From NCBI GenBank assembly GCA_965233675.1, contig OZ247498.1, positions 2,205,824 through 2,269,823 on the forward strand: a DNA stretch of 64,000 nucleotides, in the 5' to 3' direction. Below are positions 18,238-29,892 of the stretch, piece by piece. Numbering within the stretch: position 1 is the stretch's first letter; the number at the start of each line of letters is the position of its first letter. Under the pieces are notes generated by a model, which saw nothing but the letters and a program-made list of their open reading frames with translations, ran no database searches and was not told where the DNA came from. The position numbers and the translations under genes are program-made. The stretch is from Candidatus Azotimanducaceae bacterium (GTDB taxonomy: Bacteria > Pseudomonadota > Gammaproteobacteria > Pseudomonadales > Azotimanducaceae).

Positions 18238-19498
18238 TGCGTGACACCCCCTGTTCGCTGACCGCCCAGGCCTGAATGCCGTTGTAATGGTAGAACGCCT
18301 CTGGCGCTCTGCCCGCCAGCACCTGATCCCGGGTCGGCTGAATGGCGCCCGTATCATCCACCGCCCGACTCATGAGCGTCGCGGGACCACCGTCCCAGCG
18401 CCAGGCTGCACGGAATCGGGTCAGACACTGCGGCAGCACGTGTGCATCGAGCGCAGCATCCGTCCAACTCTGACCACCGTCTGCAGAGATTTCCACCCGG
18501 CGGATCCGGCCCCCTCCGGACCAGGCGATACCGCTGATCTGATAGATACCCGGCTGCCCCAGATCCAGTCCGGGAGACGGGCTGGTGATCACGGATTTCA
18601 CCGCCATGGGAAACGTGAACAAAGAGGCTGTGCCGCCTTCCGCCAGATCCGAGTATTTTGAGGTTTCGTCCTTGGTCATGGCCGGAGAGTCCGTCACCTT
18701 GAGCGTGCGCAGCCACTTCACGCTGGCGTTACCTTCCCAGCCCGGCAGGAAGAGGCGCATCGGATAGCCGTTGGAAGGACGCAGCCGTTCGCCGTTCTGA
18801 TAGAGCGCGACAATGGCATCTTCCATGATCTTCTCCAGCGGTACGCTCCGACTCATCACAGCCGCATCCGCACCACCAGCCACCACCCACTTGCCCTCCG
18901 GCTGCACGCCGGCTTCGTCGAGCAGGACATTGAGCGGCACCCCGCCCCATTCGCTGGCAGAAACGAGGCCATGGATGCTCGCGCAATCCGCATCCACCGG
19001 ATTCGGCGCGATCAACGCGCCGCTGTTTCCGGAACACTCGAGAAATTGAATTCTGGACACCTGCGGGTAGCGGTCCAGAGTCTCCGCATTAAAAGAGAGC
19101 GGACGTTCCACAAGCCCGTGAACGAACAGTCGATGCTGTGCCGGATCGATCTGCGGGATACCGGAATGGTGCCGTTCGAAATGCAGGCGACTCGGGGTGA
19201 TGATGCCCTCCAGATGCTGCAGCGGCGTTCTCGAAACACCGGCTCCGGTGGTACCCGGCTGCGAACCAACTGGCGCTCGAACCACGTGGGCCTCAAAGGA
19301 GGACGGCTCGCCACTCGGCCCCATCCCAATCCCCGGAGCCCGCATCCACGGCGCCCGATACGGCCCGGCGGCCGCAGCGTTTCCGGCAATCAGCAGACCG
19401 GCGCCGGCGGTCAGACCGGACTTCAGAAACAGACGCCGATGCAGCAGGCCGTTACCGGCGACCGGCGCGAGATCGTCGTCGTTTGAGCTATCAGTCAT
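18224..19498 (-). CDS. sorA: sulfite dehydrogenase molybdopterin subunit (sulfite-oxidase family) with a Tat signal
   Basis: Start moved to ATG 19498 (GGGAGG SD upstream). Twin-arginine signal HRRLFLKSGL. Moco and dimerisation domains recognised by recall (ECSGNS...). Confidence 0.8.
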   Translation of the reverse strand: MTDSSNDDDLAPVAGNGLLHRRLFLKSGLTAGAGLLIAGNAAAAGPYRAPWMRAPGIGMGPSGEPSSFEAHVVRAPVGSQPGTTGAGVSRTPLQHLEGIITPSRLHFERHHSGIPQIDPAQHRLFVHGLVERPLSFNAETLDRYPQVSRIQFLECSGNSGALIAPNPVDADCASIHGLVSASEWGGVPLNVLLDEAGVQPEGKWVVAGGADAAVMSRSVPLEKIMEDAIVALYQNGERLRPSNGYPMRLFLPGWEGNASVKWLRTLKVTDSPAMTKDETSKYSDLAEGGTASLFTFPMAVKSVITSPSPGLDLGQPGIYQISGIAWSGGGRIRRVEISADGGQSWTDAALDAHVLPQCLTRFRAAWRWDGGPATLMSRAVDDTGAIQPTRDQVLAGRAPEAFYHYNGIQAWAVSEQGVSRNVYA

Positions 19499-19652
19499 GT
19501 AAAGCCCCTCCCTTATACGGATGGTGCCCGGGGCGCTGAGCAGAGACAAGCCCCACGCACTTCGCGGAGGAGCTCGCCCCGGATGACAAAGCCCGGGTTT
19601 ATAGAGACACTGCCTCTGAATTCCGGCGTCCCCTTCCAGGAGAACATCATCC

Positions 19653-20600
19653 ATGCGAGTGCCTGTTCTGATTCTGGTTCTCATCGGCCTGCTGAGCTGG
19701 GCGTTCGTCGAGCGCCGCGTCCTGTTCATGCAGGCGTTCGCCGTCACCGGACCGGGTGAGCCACCACCGCTGCTGCCGGCCGAGGACGAAGGTACCGGGG
19801 TCCGCTGGCTGGATGAGTACTTCACTGTGGCGCAGGTCGCACCGGACACCTACGCCATCGGCGAGCCACGATACGCCCAGCAGAACTACAACTATCTGAT
19901 CGTCGGCGACGACAGAGCGCTGTTGTTCGACGCCGGCCCGGGCATCCGCGATGTGCGCAGCACGGCGGAAAGTCTCACCGATCGACCCATCGTCTTCCTG
20001 CCATCACACTTCCACTACGATCACGTGGGCAACGATGTCACTTTCGACGAGATTGCCGTCGTCGACCTGCCGCATATCCGCAGCCGGGTGGGTGAAGATG
20101 GCCTGCTCACCCTGCTGCCCATGGAGCATCTGGGCCGGACAGAAGGCATGGACGCCCCGACCTGGGCCGTGGACCACTGGTGGCCGCCCGGTCACGAGAT
20201 CGACCTGGGCGGCAGAACGCTTACCCTCATCTATACGCCGGGCCACACCACGGATTCCGTGTCATTGCTCGATGAGGCCAACCAGATTCTGTTCAGTGGC
20301 GACTACCTCTATCCGGGCGACCTCTACGGCTTCCTGCCGAATTCCTCCATGGCGGACTATCAGGCCACGGCCATCACCCTGCTCGGCAATCTGGATCCAG
20401 GCGTGGTGCTCCTCGGCGCGCATCGGGTCACGCCACCGGGTGCACCCAGACTGGGTTATCAGGACGTGGAAGACCTGGCATCCGGTCTCCGCCGCATTCA
20501 GGATGGTGAGATCGAAGGGGTCGGCGGTTATCCACAGGCCTTTCCGATCAGCGACCGATTGACCATGCTCGCCGAGCCCCGCTGGCTGCAGCGCTGGTAG
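19653..20600 (+). CDS. MBL-fold metallo-hydrolase with N-terminal TM/signal helix
   Basis: 315 aa. HxHxDH motif (SHFHYDHVGN) and a later TPGHT motif. Confidence 0.85.
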   Translation: MRVPVLILVLIGLLSWAFVERRVLFMQAFAVTGPGEPPPLLPAEDEGTGVRWLDEYFTVAQVAPDTYAIGEPRYAQQNYNYLIVGDDRALLFDAGPGIRDVRSTAESLTDRPIVFLPSHFHYDHVGNDVTFDEIAVVDLPHIRSRVGEDGLLTLLPMEHLGRTEGMDAPTWAVDHWWPPGHEIDLGGRTLTLIYTPGHTTDSVSLLDEANQILFSGDYLYPGDLYGFLPNSSMADYQATAITLLGNLDPGVVLLGAHRVTPPGAPRLGYQDVEDLASGLRRIQDGEIEGVGGYPQAFPISDRLTMLAEPRWLQRW

Positions 20601-20685
20601 CACAGTCAGCCCGGAGCAGATCGCAAGCCAGTCAACAACGGAACCCAGTCCACCCTAAAACCCAGGTAAGGAATTCAGTAAGCCG

Positions 20686-21405
20686 ATGTTTGAAATGCCC
20701 AACCGGCGCAGGATTTATCTCATGCGACACGGTGAAGCCGCCTACGTCTCCGAAGACGGCACCGTCACCGAAGACCCGCGCAACGTACCGCTCACCATGA
20801 ACGGCCGGATCCAGGCCAGAAAACAGGCCGCCGTGCTCGCCAGCGTGCCTTTCGATCGCGCCATCTGCTCCGGCCTGCCGCGCACGCGGGAGACGGCAAC
20901 CCTCGTGCTCGCCGGCCGGGAAACCCCCGAACTGGAAGCAGTACCTGAACTGGAGGAGATCAACGGCGGCGGCAGGGATCAACCCATCGCCGACCGGGCG
21001 GCCTGGCTTGCCCATGTGGCGAATCCCTGGGCCGGTGCCGATCATCCGGACGCCACTTTCATGGGCGGCGAGCGTTTCATCGACTTCGCCGCCCGGGTGA
21101 CGCCGGCCTTCGACGCCATCATCGCCGATCCGAACTGGCGAACCCTGCTTCTGGTGCTGCATGGCGCAGTCAATCGCATGATCTTCAACCACGTGCTGGG
21201 CCTCGGCTGGCAGGGGCGCGTCAGCATCGAGCAGGACAACTGCTGCATCAACGTACTCGATGTGGACACGGATCCGGACGGCGGCATTTCCAGATTCCTG
21301 GTCCGGGTCGTGAACCTGACCAGCTACGATCTGAACAAGTCGGACGTATTCCTGACCAGCATGGAGCACACGGCCGCGCGGATCGCCGAGCAGATGGCTG
21401 ACTGA
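20686..21405 (+). CDS. histidine phosphatase family protein (phosphoglycerate-mutase-like)
   Basis: 239 aa. Catalytic RHGE motif (IYLMRHGEA). Confidence 0.85.
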   Translation: MFEMPNRRRIYLMRHGEAAYVSEDGTVTEDPRNVPLTMNGRIQARKQAAVLASVPFDRAICSGLPRTRETATLVLAGRETPELEAVPELEEINGGGRDQPIADRAAWLAHVANPWAGADHPDATFMGGERFIDFAARVTPAFDAIIADPNWRTLLLVLHGAVNRMIFNHVLGLGWQGRVSIEQDNCCINVLDVDTDPDGGISRFLVRVVNLTSYDLNKSDVFLTSMEHTAARIAEQMAD

Positions 21406-21468
21406 GGCGTTCGGCTTCGCATCGTTGCGCGCCTGCTATGATCGGTGCCAGATCAACGGAGGAAAAGA

Positions 21469-22191
21469 ATGGACGCGGAACTCATCAGGCACGACGGCTG
21501 GGCGGAACTCGTGCTGAACCGGCCGGAGCGCAAGAACGCGATCACTGGCCCGCTGGGAATCGCCATGGCCGAGTGCCTGGCAGCGGTGAAAGACGATGAG
21601 TCCGTTCAGGTGCTGCTGCTGCGTGGCGCGGGCGGTGCCTTCTGTTCCGGCCTCGATCTCAAGGCGTTCAACGCGGATCCGGCACCAGACTGGCTACCTG
21701 AATTTCAGCACATCTGGCGCGGCGCACATCGAGCCCTGTTCGAATGCCCCGTGCCCATTGTCGGCGCCCTGGAACGCTATGCCATCAACGGCGGCGCCGC
21801 GCTGGCCCTGGCCTGCGACCTGCTGATTGCCGGCCGCGATGCATTTCTACAGGTGGGAGAGGTGCAGATCGGCATGGCGGCGCCCTACAACATGGCCTGG
21901 CTGGCGCTCCGCCACCCGGAAGCCGTTGCCGCCCGGCTCGCCATGGTCGGCCAACGACATAACGGCGAAGCACTGCGTGAGTTGGGCGTGGCCTACGACT
22001 GTGTCGAGGATGCTGAAGTGCTCGCAACGGCAACGGACTTGGCAACCACCATGAGCGAATACCCGGAAGGTGGCAGCCGGAGAATCAAAGCGGGCGCTCG
22101 CGCGAACCTGCAGATGACGGCGGATGAATGGTTCGATCTGTTTACCGGTATCAATCCCGCAGGGGTACGCGTACCCGGCACGATGAAGTAG
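21469..22191 (+). CDS. enoyl-CoA hydratase/isomerase (crotonase family)
   Basis: Start moved to ATG 21469 after GGAGGAAAAGA. Motifs LVLNRPERKNA and GAGGAFCSGLDL. Confidence 0.85.
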   Translation: MDAELIRHDGWAELVLNRPERKNAITGPLGIAMAECLAAVKDDESVQVLLLRGAGGAFCSGLDLKAFNADPAPDWLPEFQHIWRGAHRALFECPVPIVGALERYAINGGAALALACDLLIAGRDAFLQVGEVQIGMAAPYNMAWLALRHPEAVAARLAMVGQRHNGEALRELGVAYDCVEDAEVLATATDLATTMSEYPEGGSRRIKAGARANLQMTADEWFDLFTGINPAGVRVPGTMK

Positions 22192-22203
22192 GAGGAGAGA
22201 CGA

Positions 22204-22959
22204 ATGAGAGATCTCAAGAACAAGGTCGCTTGGATCACCGGTGCTGGAACCGGCATCGGTGAGGCCGGGGCAGTGGCGCTGGCTGCTGAAGGTATGCAGG
22301 TCGTCCTCTCCGGACGACGAGTGGAACCTCTGCAGGCGGTAGCAGAGAAGATCGGACCATCGGCGTCTGTCGAATCGCTGGATGTTTCAGACAAGGACGC
22401 CGTGGCCGAGGTGGCCGCTCGCATCCTCGACCGTCATGGCCGGATAGACGTACTCGTCAACAGCGCCGGTATCAATGTGAAAGAACGGAACTGGCACAAC
22501 ATCCGTCTGGAAGACTGGGATCGGTTGATCAGGATCGACCTGGATGGTGCTTTCTACTGCGCGAAGGCAGTGCTGCCTGGGATGATCGATCAGGGAGACG
22601 GCCTGATCATCAACATCTCGTCATGGGCGGGCAGATATGTCAGCGTCGTCACTGGACCGGGCTACACTGCGGCCAAACACGCGATGAACGCCATGAACGA
22701 AAGTCTGAACATGGAGCATGGCATCCACGGGATCCGGGCCTGCGCGATCTGTCCCGGAGAGGTGGCAACCCCCATTCTGGACAACCGACCGGTGCCGGTC
22801 AGCGAAGAAGACAAGGCGAAGATGGTGCAATCAGAAGACTGCGGCGAGCTGATCCGGTTCATTGCAACGATGCCACCACACGTCTGCATCAATGAGCTCA
22901 CGATCAGCCCGACCTGGAATCGGGGCTACATCGCCCAGGCGCGCACACTGGCACCCTGA
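22204..22959 (+). CDS. short-chain dehydrogenase/reductase
   Basis: 251 aa. TGAGTGIG Rossmann motif, NSAG, and YTAAK catalytic Tyr/Lys. Confidence 0.9.
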   Translation: MRDLKNKVAWITGAGTGIGEAGAVALAAEGMQVVLSGRRVEPLQAVAEKIGPSASVESLDVSDKDAVAEVAARILDRHGRIDVLVNSAGINVKERNWHNIRLEDWDRLIRIDLDGAFYCAKAVLPGMIDQGDGLIINISSWAGRYVSVVTGPGYTAAKHAMNAMNESLNMEHGIHGIRACAICPGEVATPILDNRPVPVSEEDKAKMVQSEDCGELIRFIATMPPHVCINELTISPTWNRGYIAQARTLAP

Positions 22960-22975
22960 ACGGAGGGTATTGGGG

Positions 22976-23554
22976 CTAGTCGCCAACCGGTTTGTAGCCG
23001 AATTTCATCCCGCCGATACTGGCTTCGTACATCAGCCCACCTTTGGCGACCGTGAATACGGCCAGACCTTCGCTGTAGTCTCCCCGCGTAGCAGCGTCGT
23101 GCTGGCCGCCTGAAGCGCCGGCGGTTCCACCGCCAGCCGTGGACGTGCCGGCAGAGGCCCCTGCGGTAATGGCAACAGCCGTCGCCTGTGCGCCGAATTC
23201 AAAATTTCCGGAGGCAAAGTCGGTGAACGCACGCTCGTCTTCGAAAAAGATGATCATGCTGTAAGCCTGACCGCCGAACTGGAGGCCGATGGTCACCTGA
23301 GCGACGGACGTGTTACCCACGTGCTCGCCACCGACAAAAACACGACCTTTGCCACCTGCACCGCCGATACCGATGCCGCCCTTACCGATGGTTGGAAAGA
23401 GCGCGTAGCCATAGGCGGATTCGAACAGACCGCCACTGGCCCCTGCCTCCTGGAACACCGCCCTGGCGTCATCATAGCCATCAGCCCAGGACTGATTCGC
23501 CATGGCAAGGCAGAAGAGGGTGAGTACCGCGGAGCGGATGATGTGCTGATGCAT
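22976..23554 (-). CDS. secreted SYLF (DUF500)-domain protein, copy 1
   Basis: Start moved to ATG 23554 (MHQHIIRSAVLTLFCLAMA signal). YALFPTIGKGGIGIGGAGGKGRV core. Paralogous to the next gene. Confidence 0.7.
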   Translation of the reverse strand: MHQHIIRSAVLTLFCLAMANQSWADGYDDARAVFQEAGASGGLFESAYGYALFPTIGKGGIGIGGAGGKGRVFVGGEHVGNTSVAQVTIGLQFGGQAYSMIIFFEDERAFTDFASGNFEFGAQATAVAITAGASAGTSTAGGGTAGASGGQHDAATRGDYSEGLAVFTVAKGGLMYEASIGGMKFGYKPVGD

Positions 23555-23636
23555 CGAATTATCTCCAGAAAACAATCTGTTACAGGTTGATCCAACCGTT
23601 GGCGACGCTGCCCGCCATGCCCGCCGGTCGCACCGA

Positions 23637-24236
23637 TTACTGTGCTTCGTCGTTGCCAACGGCCTTGTAGCCGAATTTCATGCCGCCGATGCTGGCCTCG
23701 TACATGAGGCCACCCTTGGCGACGGTAAAGACGGCAAGGCCTTTAGAGTAGTCGCCCGACGTGACGGCATCATGGCGCCCGCCGGACGCCCCCGCAGTGC
23801 CGCCACCGGCCGTTGAGGCGCTGGCAGACGCACCCGCCGTGATCGCAACCGCCGTGGCCTGCGCACCGAACTCGAAGTTTCCGGAAGAAAACTCGTCGAA
23901 CGCCCGCTTATCTTCAAAGAAGATGATCATGCTGTAAGCCTGGCCGCCAAGCTGAAAGCCGATGGTCACCTGCGCCAGAGAGGTGTTGCCGACATGCGCG
24001 CCGCCCACATAGACACGGCCTTTGCCACCCGCGCCCCCGATACCGATCCCGCCCTTGCCGATGGTCGGAAAGAGCGCATAGCCGTATGCGCTACCGAAAA
24101 ATTTGCCGCTCGCACCGGCATTCTGAAAGACCGTCCGGGCATCGTCGTAGCCATCGGCCATCGCGGGTGAAGACAGGCCTGATACCAGCAGCAGCGTGGC
24201 AACGGCAGCCGCTGCGATCCGTTTGTGTAGCGTCAT
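23637..24236 (-). CDS. secreted SYLF (DUF500)-domain protein, copy 2
   Basis: Start moved to ATG 24236 (MTLHKRIAAAAVATLLL signal). Collinear with copy 1 over the whole mature region. Confidence 0.7.
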   Translation of the reverse strand: MTLHKRIAAAAVATLLLVSGLSSPAMADGYDDARTVFQNAGASGKFFGSAYGYALFPTIGKGGIGIGGAGGKGRVYVGGAHVGNTSLAQVTIGFQLGGQAYSMIIFFEDKRAFDEFSSGNFEFGAQATAVAITAGASASASTAGGGTAGASGGRHDAVTSGDYSKGLAVFTVAKGGLMYEASIGGMKFGYKAVGNDEAQ

Positions 24237-24363
24237 GGAGGGCTCCTGAGTGAACTGCGTGCTCATGTTACACACTCGCTTCTCATGATCGAAGCCGGCG
24301 GCACTGGAAATCTCGTTGGCGGTTTTCGTCCGTCAGCGCTTCTATACTGTGTCTACAGCGCGC

Positions 24364-25584
24364 CTACAGCGCTTCGAGGGCGGCCACCAGCATGGCCTCG
24401 ATCTGCGTCACCACGGAACGTTCCAACTCCGGATCGAATCCCGCCAGTCGGGGTGTGTGCAGGTGGCCCATGGGGATCCGCGCTGCCGGTCCGAACTTCT
24501 GCGTGTTGGCCAGCAGGGTGCGATAGGCAATCTCGTTCGAAAGATAGCCACCGCCGGAACCACGTACGGCGGTCTGGCCATCGAGTGAACTCAGATCTGC
24601 GGCGGCCAGGTCGCCGGTTTCGAGTGTTGCGACATTTCTGTTGTCCCGGATCGGAAAGGCACCGCCGACAGACACCATGGCTTCCGCAGGCAACGTGAAC
24701 TCGAGAAACTCCGGCCCGATCAGGTCGCCATCCGGCGTACCTGGAACGAGCGGGTTGTCCGGCCGGGCACCCGTCAGCACATTAAGGTTGTCGGTCACCG
24801 CGGAAGAGCGACGGCGACCGGGAAACCGTTCAAGATCAAAGCCTTCCCGGCCCATGCTGAGAGTCACTATCAGGTCGGCCCGGGCCAGCAGCGGGTTGAT
24901 GAAGTCTTCCACCATACCCGCATCGAAGTCCGCAAACCGGACGGGGAACACGGCAGCCTGCACCATGGCAGGCCCACTGTCCGTATTCAGCATCCGGCCA
25001 TCCAGGGCCAATGCGGCGAGCCCGGAAGGATTGCTCTGGTCGATCTGCCGGTCGAGATGAAAGGGATCGAAGCCGGTGACGATCACCCGTCTGGCCCGGT
25101 TGCCGCTGGTCTCACGCCCCGGAAAGGAGACATCTGCCAGACCGCGGCTGGTCCGTTCGAATACGGCCAGTGTGGCTGGGTCTACGCGCCCTCTGAGTTC
25201 CGCCGTATAGGCGAGCCGGCTCCAATACAGCGCCCGGTCATCCCAGAGTTCACCCGACTGCAGATCGCGAACGGCCGTGCGCCACAATCGGCTGCCGAGA
25301 TCGGCAAGTGAAGCTGCATCTGCGTTTACCGGAATCGGCCCCACCTTGCTGGTGAGCCGCTGATACGGAATGCGGCCATCGGCCAGTCGCGGCAGCCGGG
25401 CCTCTTCGACGGTGAGTGACACTGATGCCTCCCGGTCAACCACATTCCTCTGCTCCGCTGCCGAACCAGGCGCTATCGCGAGGAATATGGAACACACACT
25501 CATCACCCAGGCGCAGACAGGTCCGGTTGTATGCAACTGGGGGGCGGTTCGCCTCAGGGTGGAACGCGGCCGGATATCGACCAT
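24364..25584 (-). CDS. peptidase C15 (pyroglutamyl-peptidase I)-like protein with N-terminal extension; Ser replaces the nucleophile Cys
   Basis: 406 aa. VIVTGFDPF...NPS, LERFPG (Glu), GGGYLSNEIAY (Ser349 where PGP-I has Cys) and GHLHTP (His). Hydrophobic N-terminal segment. The start could be downstream, e.g. Met28 at 25503. Confidence 0.6.
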   Translation of the reverse strand: MVDIRPRSTLRRTAPQLHTTGPVCAWVMSVCSIFLAIAPGSAAEQRNVVDREASVSLTVEEARLPRLADGRIPYQRLTSKVGPIPVNADAASLADLGSRLWRTAVRDLQSGELWDDRALYWSRLAYTAELRGRVDPATLAVFERTSRGLADVSFPGRETSGNRARRVIVTGFDPFHLDRQIDQSNPSGLAALALDGRMLNTDSGPAMVQAAVFPVRFADFDAGMVEDFINPLLARADLIVTLSMGREGFDLERFPGRRRSSAVTDNLNVLTGARPDNPLVPGTPDGDLIGPEFLEFTLPAEAMVSVGGAFPIRDNRNVATLETGDLAAADLSSLDGQTAVRGSGGGYLSNEIAYRTLLANTQKFGPAARIPMGHLHTPRLAGFDPELERSVVTQIEAMLVAALEAL

Positions 25585-25607
25585 TCGAGCAGGTTGCCGG
25601 GCGTGGC

Positions 25608-25964
25608 TCAGTTCTTCAGCACCCGCAGAACGTCTTCCAGCTCAACGATCATCTGCTTCACCAGCAGCTTGAACTGGGTCTGGTCCTGCTTCGCATCGTC
25701 ACCGGTCAGGCGCTGCCGGGCACCGCCAATGGTGAAACCCTGATCGTAGAGCAGGGATCGAATCTGACGGATGATAATCACGTCCTGGCGCTGGTAGTAA
25801 CGACGGTTTCCCCGACGCTTCACAGGCTTGAGCTGCGGAAACTCCTGCTCCCAGTAGCGGAGCACGTGCGGCTTCACCTCGCAGAGCTGGCTGACCTCAC
25901 CGATGGTGAAATACCGCTTCCCCGGGATCGGGGGCAGGTCATCACTCTGACTCGGGTCCAGCAT
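25608..25964 (-). CDS. MerR-family transcriptional regulator (the conserved gene downstream of ihfA)
   Basis: 118 aa. [28 protein letters not shown]. Overlaps the ihfA 3' end by 23 nt. Confidence 0.85.
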   Translation of the reverse strand: MLDPSQSDDLPPIPGKRYFTIGEVSQLCEVKPHVLRYWEQEFPQLKPVKRRGNRRYYQRQDVIIIRQIRSLLYDQGFTIGGARQRLTGDDAKQDQTQFKLLVKQMIVELEDVLRVLKN

Positions 25965-26247
25965 ACGCCTCTACTCTTGCTTTCAATTTCTGGCCGGGAC
26001 GGAAGGTAACCACCCGTCGGGCCGTGATGGGAATCTCTTCCCCGGTTTTCGGGTTGCGTCCGGGACGCTCCCCTTTTTCGCGCAGATCGAAATTCCCGAA
26101 TCCGGACAATTTCACCTGTTCGTTTCGTTCCAGGCTGCCGCGGACCTCATCGAAAAAGAGTTCCACGATTTCCTTGGCTTCGCGCTTATTCAGACCCAAC
26201 TCGTCGAAAAGACGATCGGCCATCTGCGCTTTCGTCAAAGCACCCAA
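25942..26247 (-). CDS. ihfA: integration host factor subunit alpha
   Basis: 101 aa. [33 protein letters not shown]...[26 protein letters not shown] is the canonical IHF-alpha sequence. Confidence 0.95.
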   Translation of the reverse strand: MGALTKAQMADRLFDELGLNKREAKEIVELFFDEVRGSLERNEQVKLSGFGNFDLREKGERPGRNPKTGEEIPITARRVVTFRPGQKLKARVEAYAGPESE

Positions 26248-26315
26248 TTCAAGTCTCCTTTCCCCGTGTCTCCCTCCTGGACCGGCTGGCCGGAGGGTCC
26301 TCCCACGGATCGGAA

Positions 26316-28715
26316 CTAACGCAGCCTGGCGCCCGCTTCTTTGGCGAGCGCTTCTATGGCGTTCTGCATGTATTGCCCGATTTCTTCCTCGGTAAGAGTG
26401 GCGGAAGCCTTCTGCAAGGTCAAGCCTACTCCCAGACTTTTCTCTGTAGAATCAATGCCTTTGCCTTGATACACATCAAACAGTCTCAAGTCTACAAGGA
26501 CTTCTTCGAGGTTTTCGGAAAGAATCTCGACGATTCTGGCGGCCGGTACGGTCTCCGGGACCACAATCGCCAGATCCCGCCGGACGCTGGGGTATCTGGA
26601 GACAACGCCATGCCGCCGCCGGCTGTGTGACAGAACCGCGTCGGCGAGGATTTCCAGCAGATAGACCTCGCCAGGCACGTCCAGGTGCTGCTCGATCTCA
26701 GGATGGAGCCGGCCCAGACGACCCACCGGCTGCCCGGCGGCCAGGACCCGGGCGGATTGGCCCGGATGCAGCACCGGATCCTCGACCCGTTCGAAGGTCA
26801 GATCCCGGCGCCCAGTCCAGCTGATCAGCCGCTCCACATCGCCCTTCAGATCGAAGAAATCCACTTTCTCATCGGCCAGATTCCAGTTTTCCGGGCCCCG
26901 TCTGCCCCAGAGCGCGGCGCCAACCATCCAGGGTTGTTCAATGTCGCTGTCCTCACCGTCCACTGCCGGCAGGAAGCACTGCCCCACTTCGAACAGGCGC
27001 ACCCGATCCTGCTGCCGGGCAATATTGGCCTGCAGCGCATCCACCAGTCCGGGCAGCATGCTGGTGCGCATTACCGACATATCCTGGGACATGGGGTTTT
27101 CGAGCACCCGGGCCGGGCTGCCCGGCGCCAGAAGATCCTGCATTTTCGGATCGATGAAGCTGTAGGTGATCACTTCCTGATAGCCGAGATCCACGAACTG
27201 CCGTTTCAATGCCGGTACGCCGCCACGCTCGAGGGGGACCTCGGTCAGCGTCAGATCCGTTACCGGCCGTCGGCTCGGAACGTTGTTGTAGCCGTATATC
27301 CTGCAGATCTCCTCGACCAGATCCGCCTCGATGGCAATATCGAAGCGGTGGCTGGGGGAGCGTATGGTCCACTGCACGCCCTCTTCCGCATCTTCGCTTC
27401 TCGCTATCCGTTCAAAGCCGAGCCGTTCGAAAGCTTCATCCACCGCTTCAGGCGCCACGTTCACACCCATCAGCTCGTTCAGCCGCCGTTCGCGGAGCAT
27501 CACTTCGGCGGGCTTCGGCAGATGTGCTTCGCTGAGCGCCTCGGTCACCGGGCCCGGTTCGCCACCAACGATATCGAGCAGCAGTTCGGTGGCCCGATCC
27601 ACCGCCAGGCGCTGAAGCTCGTAGTCCACGCCGCGCTCATAGCGGTGAGAGGCATCCGTAGCCAGGCCGTACCGGCGTGCCGTGCCGGCGACGGAGAGCG
27701 GATGGAAGAACGCACACTCCAGGAAGACATCCACGGTGTCCGTCTGCACACCACTGCGTTCACCGCCCATCACGCCGCCAATGGCCACCGGACCGTTGGC
27801 GTCCGTGATCAGCAGCGTTTGATCATCGAAGGTGACTTCCCTGCCGTCGAGCAGGGTCAGTGTTTCGCCTTTATTCGACTTTCGGACCACGATGGGTTCG
27901 GCAAGCTCGGCAAGGTCGAACGCGTGCATGGGCTGGCCGAGTTCCATCATCACCAGGTTGGTGACGTCGACGACAGGGTCGATGCTTCTGAGTCCCGTCC
28001 GCCGGAGCCGCTCTTTCAACCACAGAGGTGACGGACGACTGATGTCGACGCCGCGAATCACCCGACCCAGATACCGCGGACAACCCTCCGGGTCTTCGAG
28101 CTGCACTTCGAATGTGTCTTCAATGGTGGCAGTCGTCGGGTTGATGGTCAGTTCGGCAACCGGCGCGTTATTCAGCACGCCTACCTCCCGGGCCAGTCCC
28201 CGCAGACTCAGGCAGTCACCCCGGTTCGGAGTCAGATCCAGATCGATGGTTCGATCTTCCAAAGCCAGTGCTTCACGCAGATCGTCTCCGGCCGTCAGGG
28301 TCGGCTCCAGTTCCAGAATGCCGTCATGGTCTTCACCCAGTCCGAGCTCGGCCGCACTGCAGAGCATGCCGTGGGATTCCACGTCACGAAGCCTGGCCTT
28401 TCTGATTTTGAAATTCTCCGGCAGCACCGCCCCGACCCGGGCAAACGCAGTCACCAGTCCGCTGCGAACATTCGGCGCCCCGCAAACCACCTGATGCACG
28501 GACTCTCCGTCGTCCACCTGACAGACCGAGAGCTTGTCCGCGTTCGGATGCTTGCTCACCTCGCGCACGTGACCGACCACCACGCCGCGGAATTCACCCG
28601 CGACCGGTTCGATGCCATCCACTTCCAGTCCGGCCATGGTCAGCTGTTCGAGCAGATCGTCGGCCGCAATATCCGGCTGAACCCATTCGCTCAGCCAATT
28701 TTCGTTGTATTTCAT
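26316..28715 (-). CDS. pheT: phenylalanine--tRNA ligase beta subunit
   Basis: 799 aa. [13 protein letters not shown]-terminus, tRNA-binding, B3/4, B5 and FDX-ACB domains. Lies directly downstream of pheS. Confidence 0.97.
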   Translation of the reverse strand: MKYNENWLSEWVQPDIAADDLLEQLTMAGLEVDGIEPVAGEFRGVVVGHVREVSKHPNADKLSVCQVDDGESVHQVVCGAPNVRSGLVTAFARVGAVLPENFKIRKARLRDVESHGMLCSAAELGLGEDHDGILELEPTLTAGDDLREALALEDRTIDLDLTPNRGDCLSLRGLAREVGVLNNAPVAELTINPTTATIEDTFEVQLEDPEGCPRYLGRVIRGVDISRPSPLWLKERLRRTGLRSIDPVVDVTNLVMMELGQPMHAFDLAELAEPIVVRKSNKGETLTLLDGREVTFDDQTLLITDANGPVAIGGVMGGERSGVQTDTVDVFLECAFFHPLSVAGTARRYGLATDASHRYERGVDYELQRLAVDRATELLLDIVGGEPGPVTEALSEAHLPKPAEVMLRERRLNELMGVNVAPEAVDEAFERLGFERIARSEDAEEGVQWTIRSPSHRFDIAIEADLVEEICRIYGYNNVPSRRPVTDLTLTEVPLERGGVPALKRQFVDLGYQEVITYSFIDPKMQDLLAPGSPARVLENPMSQDMSVMRTSMLPGLVDALQANIARQQDRVRLFEVGQCFLPAVDGEDSDIEQPWMVGAALWGRRGPENWNLADEKVDFFDLKGDVERLISWTGRRDLTFERVEDPVLHPGQSARVLAAGQPVGRLGRLHPEIEQHLDVPGEVYLLEILADAVLSHSRRRHGVVSRYPSVRRDLAIVVPETVPAARIVEILSENLEEVLVDLRLFDVYQGKGIDSTEKSLGVGLTLQKASATLTEEEIGQYMQNAIEALAKEAGARLR

Positions 28716-28742
28716 CGTTGGCTCTTCTCTTACCCGCGAATG

Positions 28743-29786
<1,044 letters not shown>

Positions 29787-29791
29787 CTATC

Positions 29792-29850
29792 AAAAAAAAA
29801 GGAAGAACTTACGCCCTTCCTTTCACACGGCTACGCCTTCCGGAAGGGCT
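29792..29850 (-). promoter_or_regulatory. pheS leader: terminator hairpin plus U9 with an alternative antiterminator pairing
   Basis: Minus-strand RNA reads GCCCUUCC-(21 nt)-GGAAGGGCguaaguuCUUCCUUUUUUUUU. GGAAG/CUUCC followed by nine U is terminator-like. The upstream GCCCUUCC can pair with GGAAGGGC and sequester the 5' arm. It lies about 35 nt upstream of the pheS ATG. Confidence 0.45.
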
Positions 29851-29892
29851 GCTCTTATGGCCCCCAGAAGGCGGAATCTTTCTGGATCTGTT

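Noticed and set aside
26685-28031. 448-aa plus-strand ORF antisense to pheT.
   Set aside because: pheT is unambiguous, and the antisense translation has no recognisable features.
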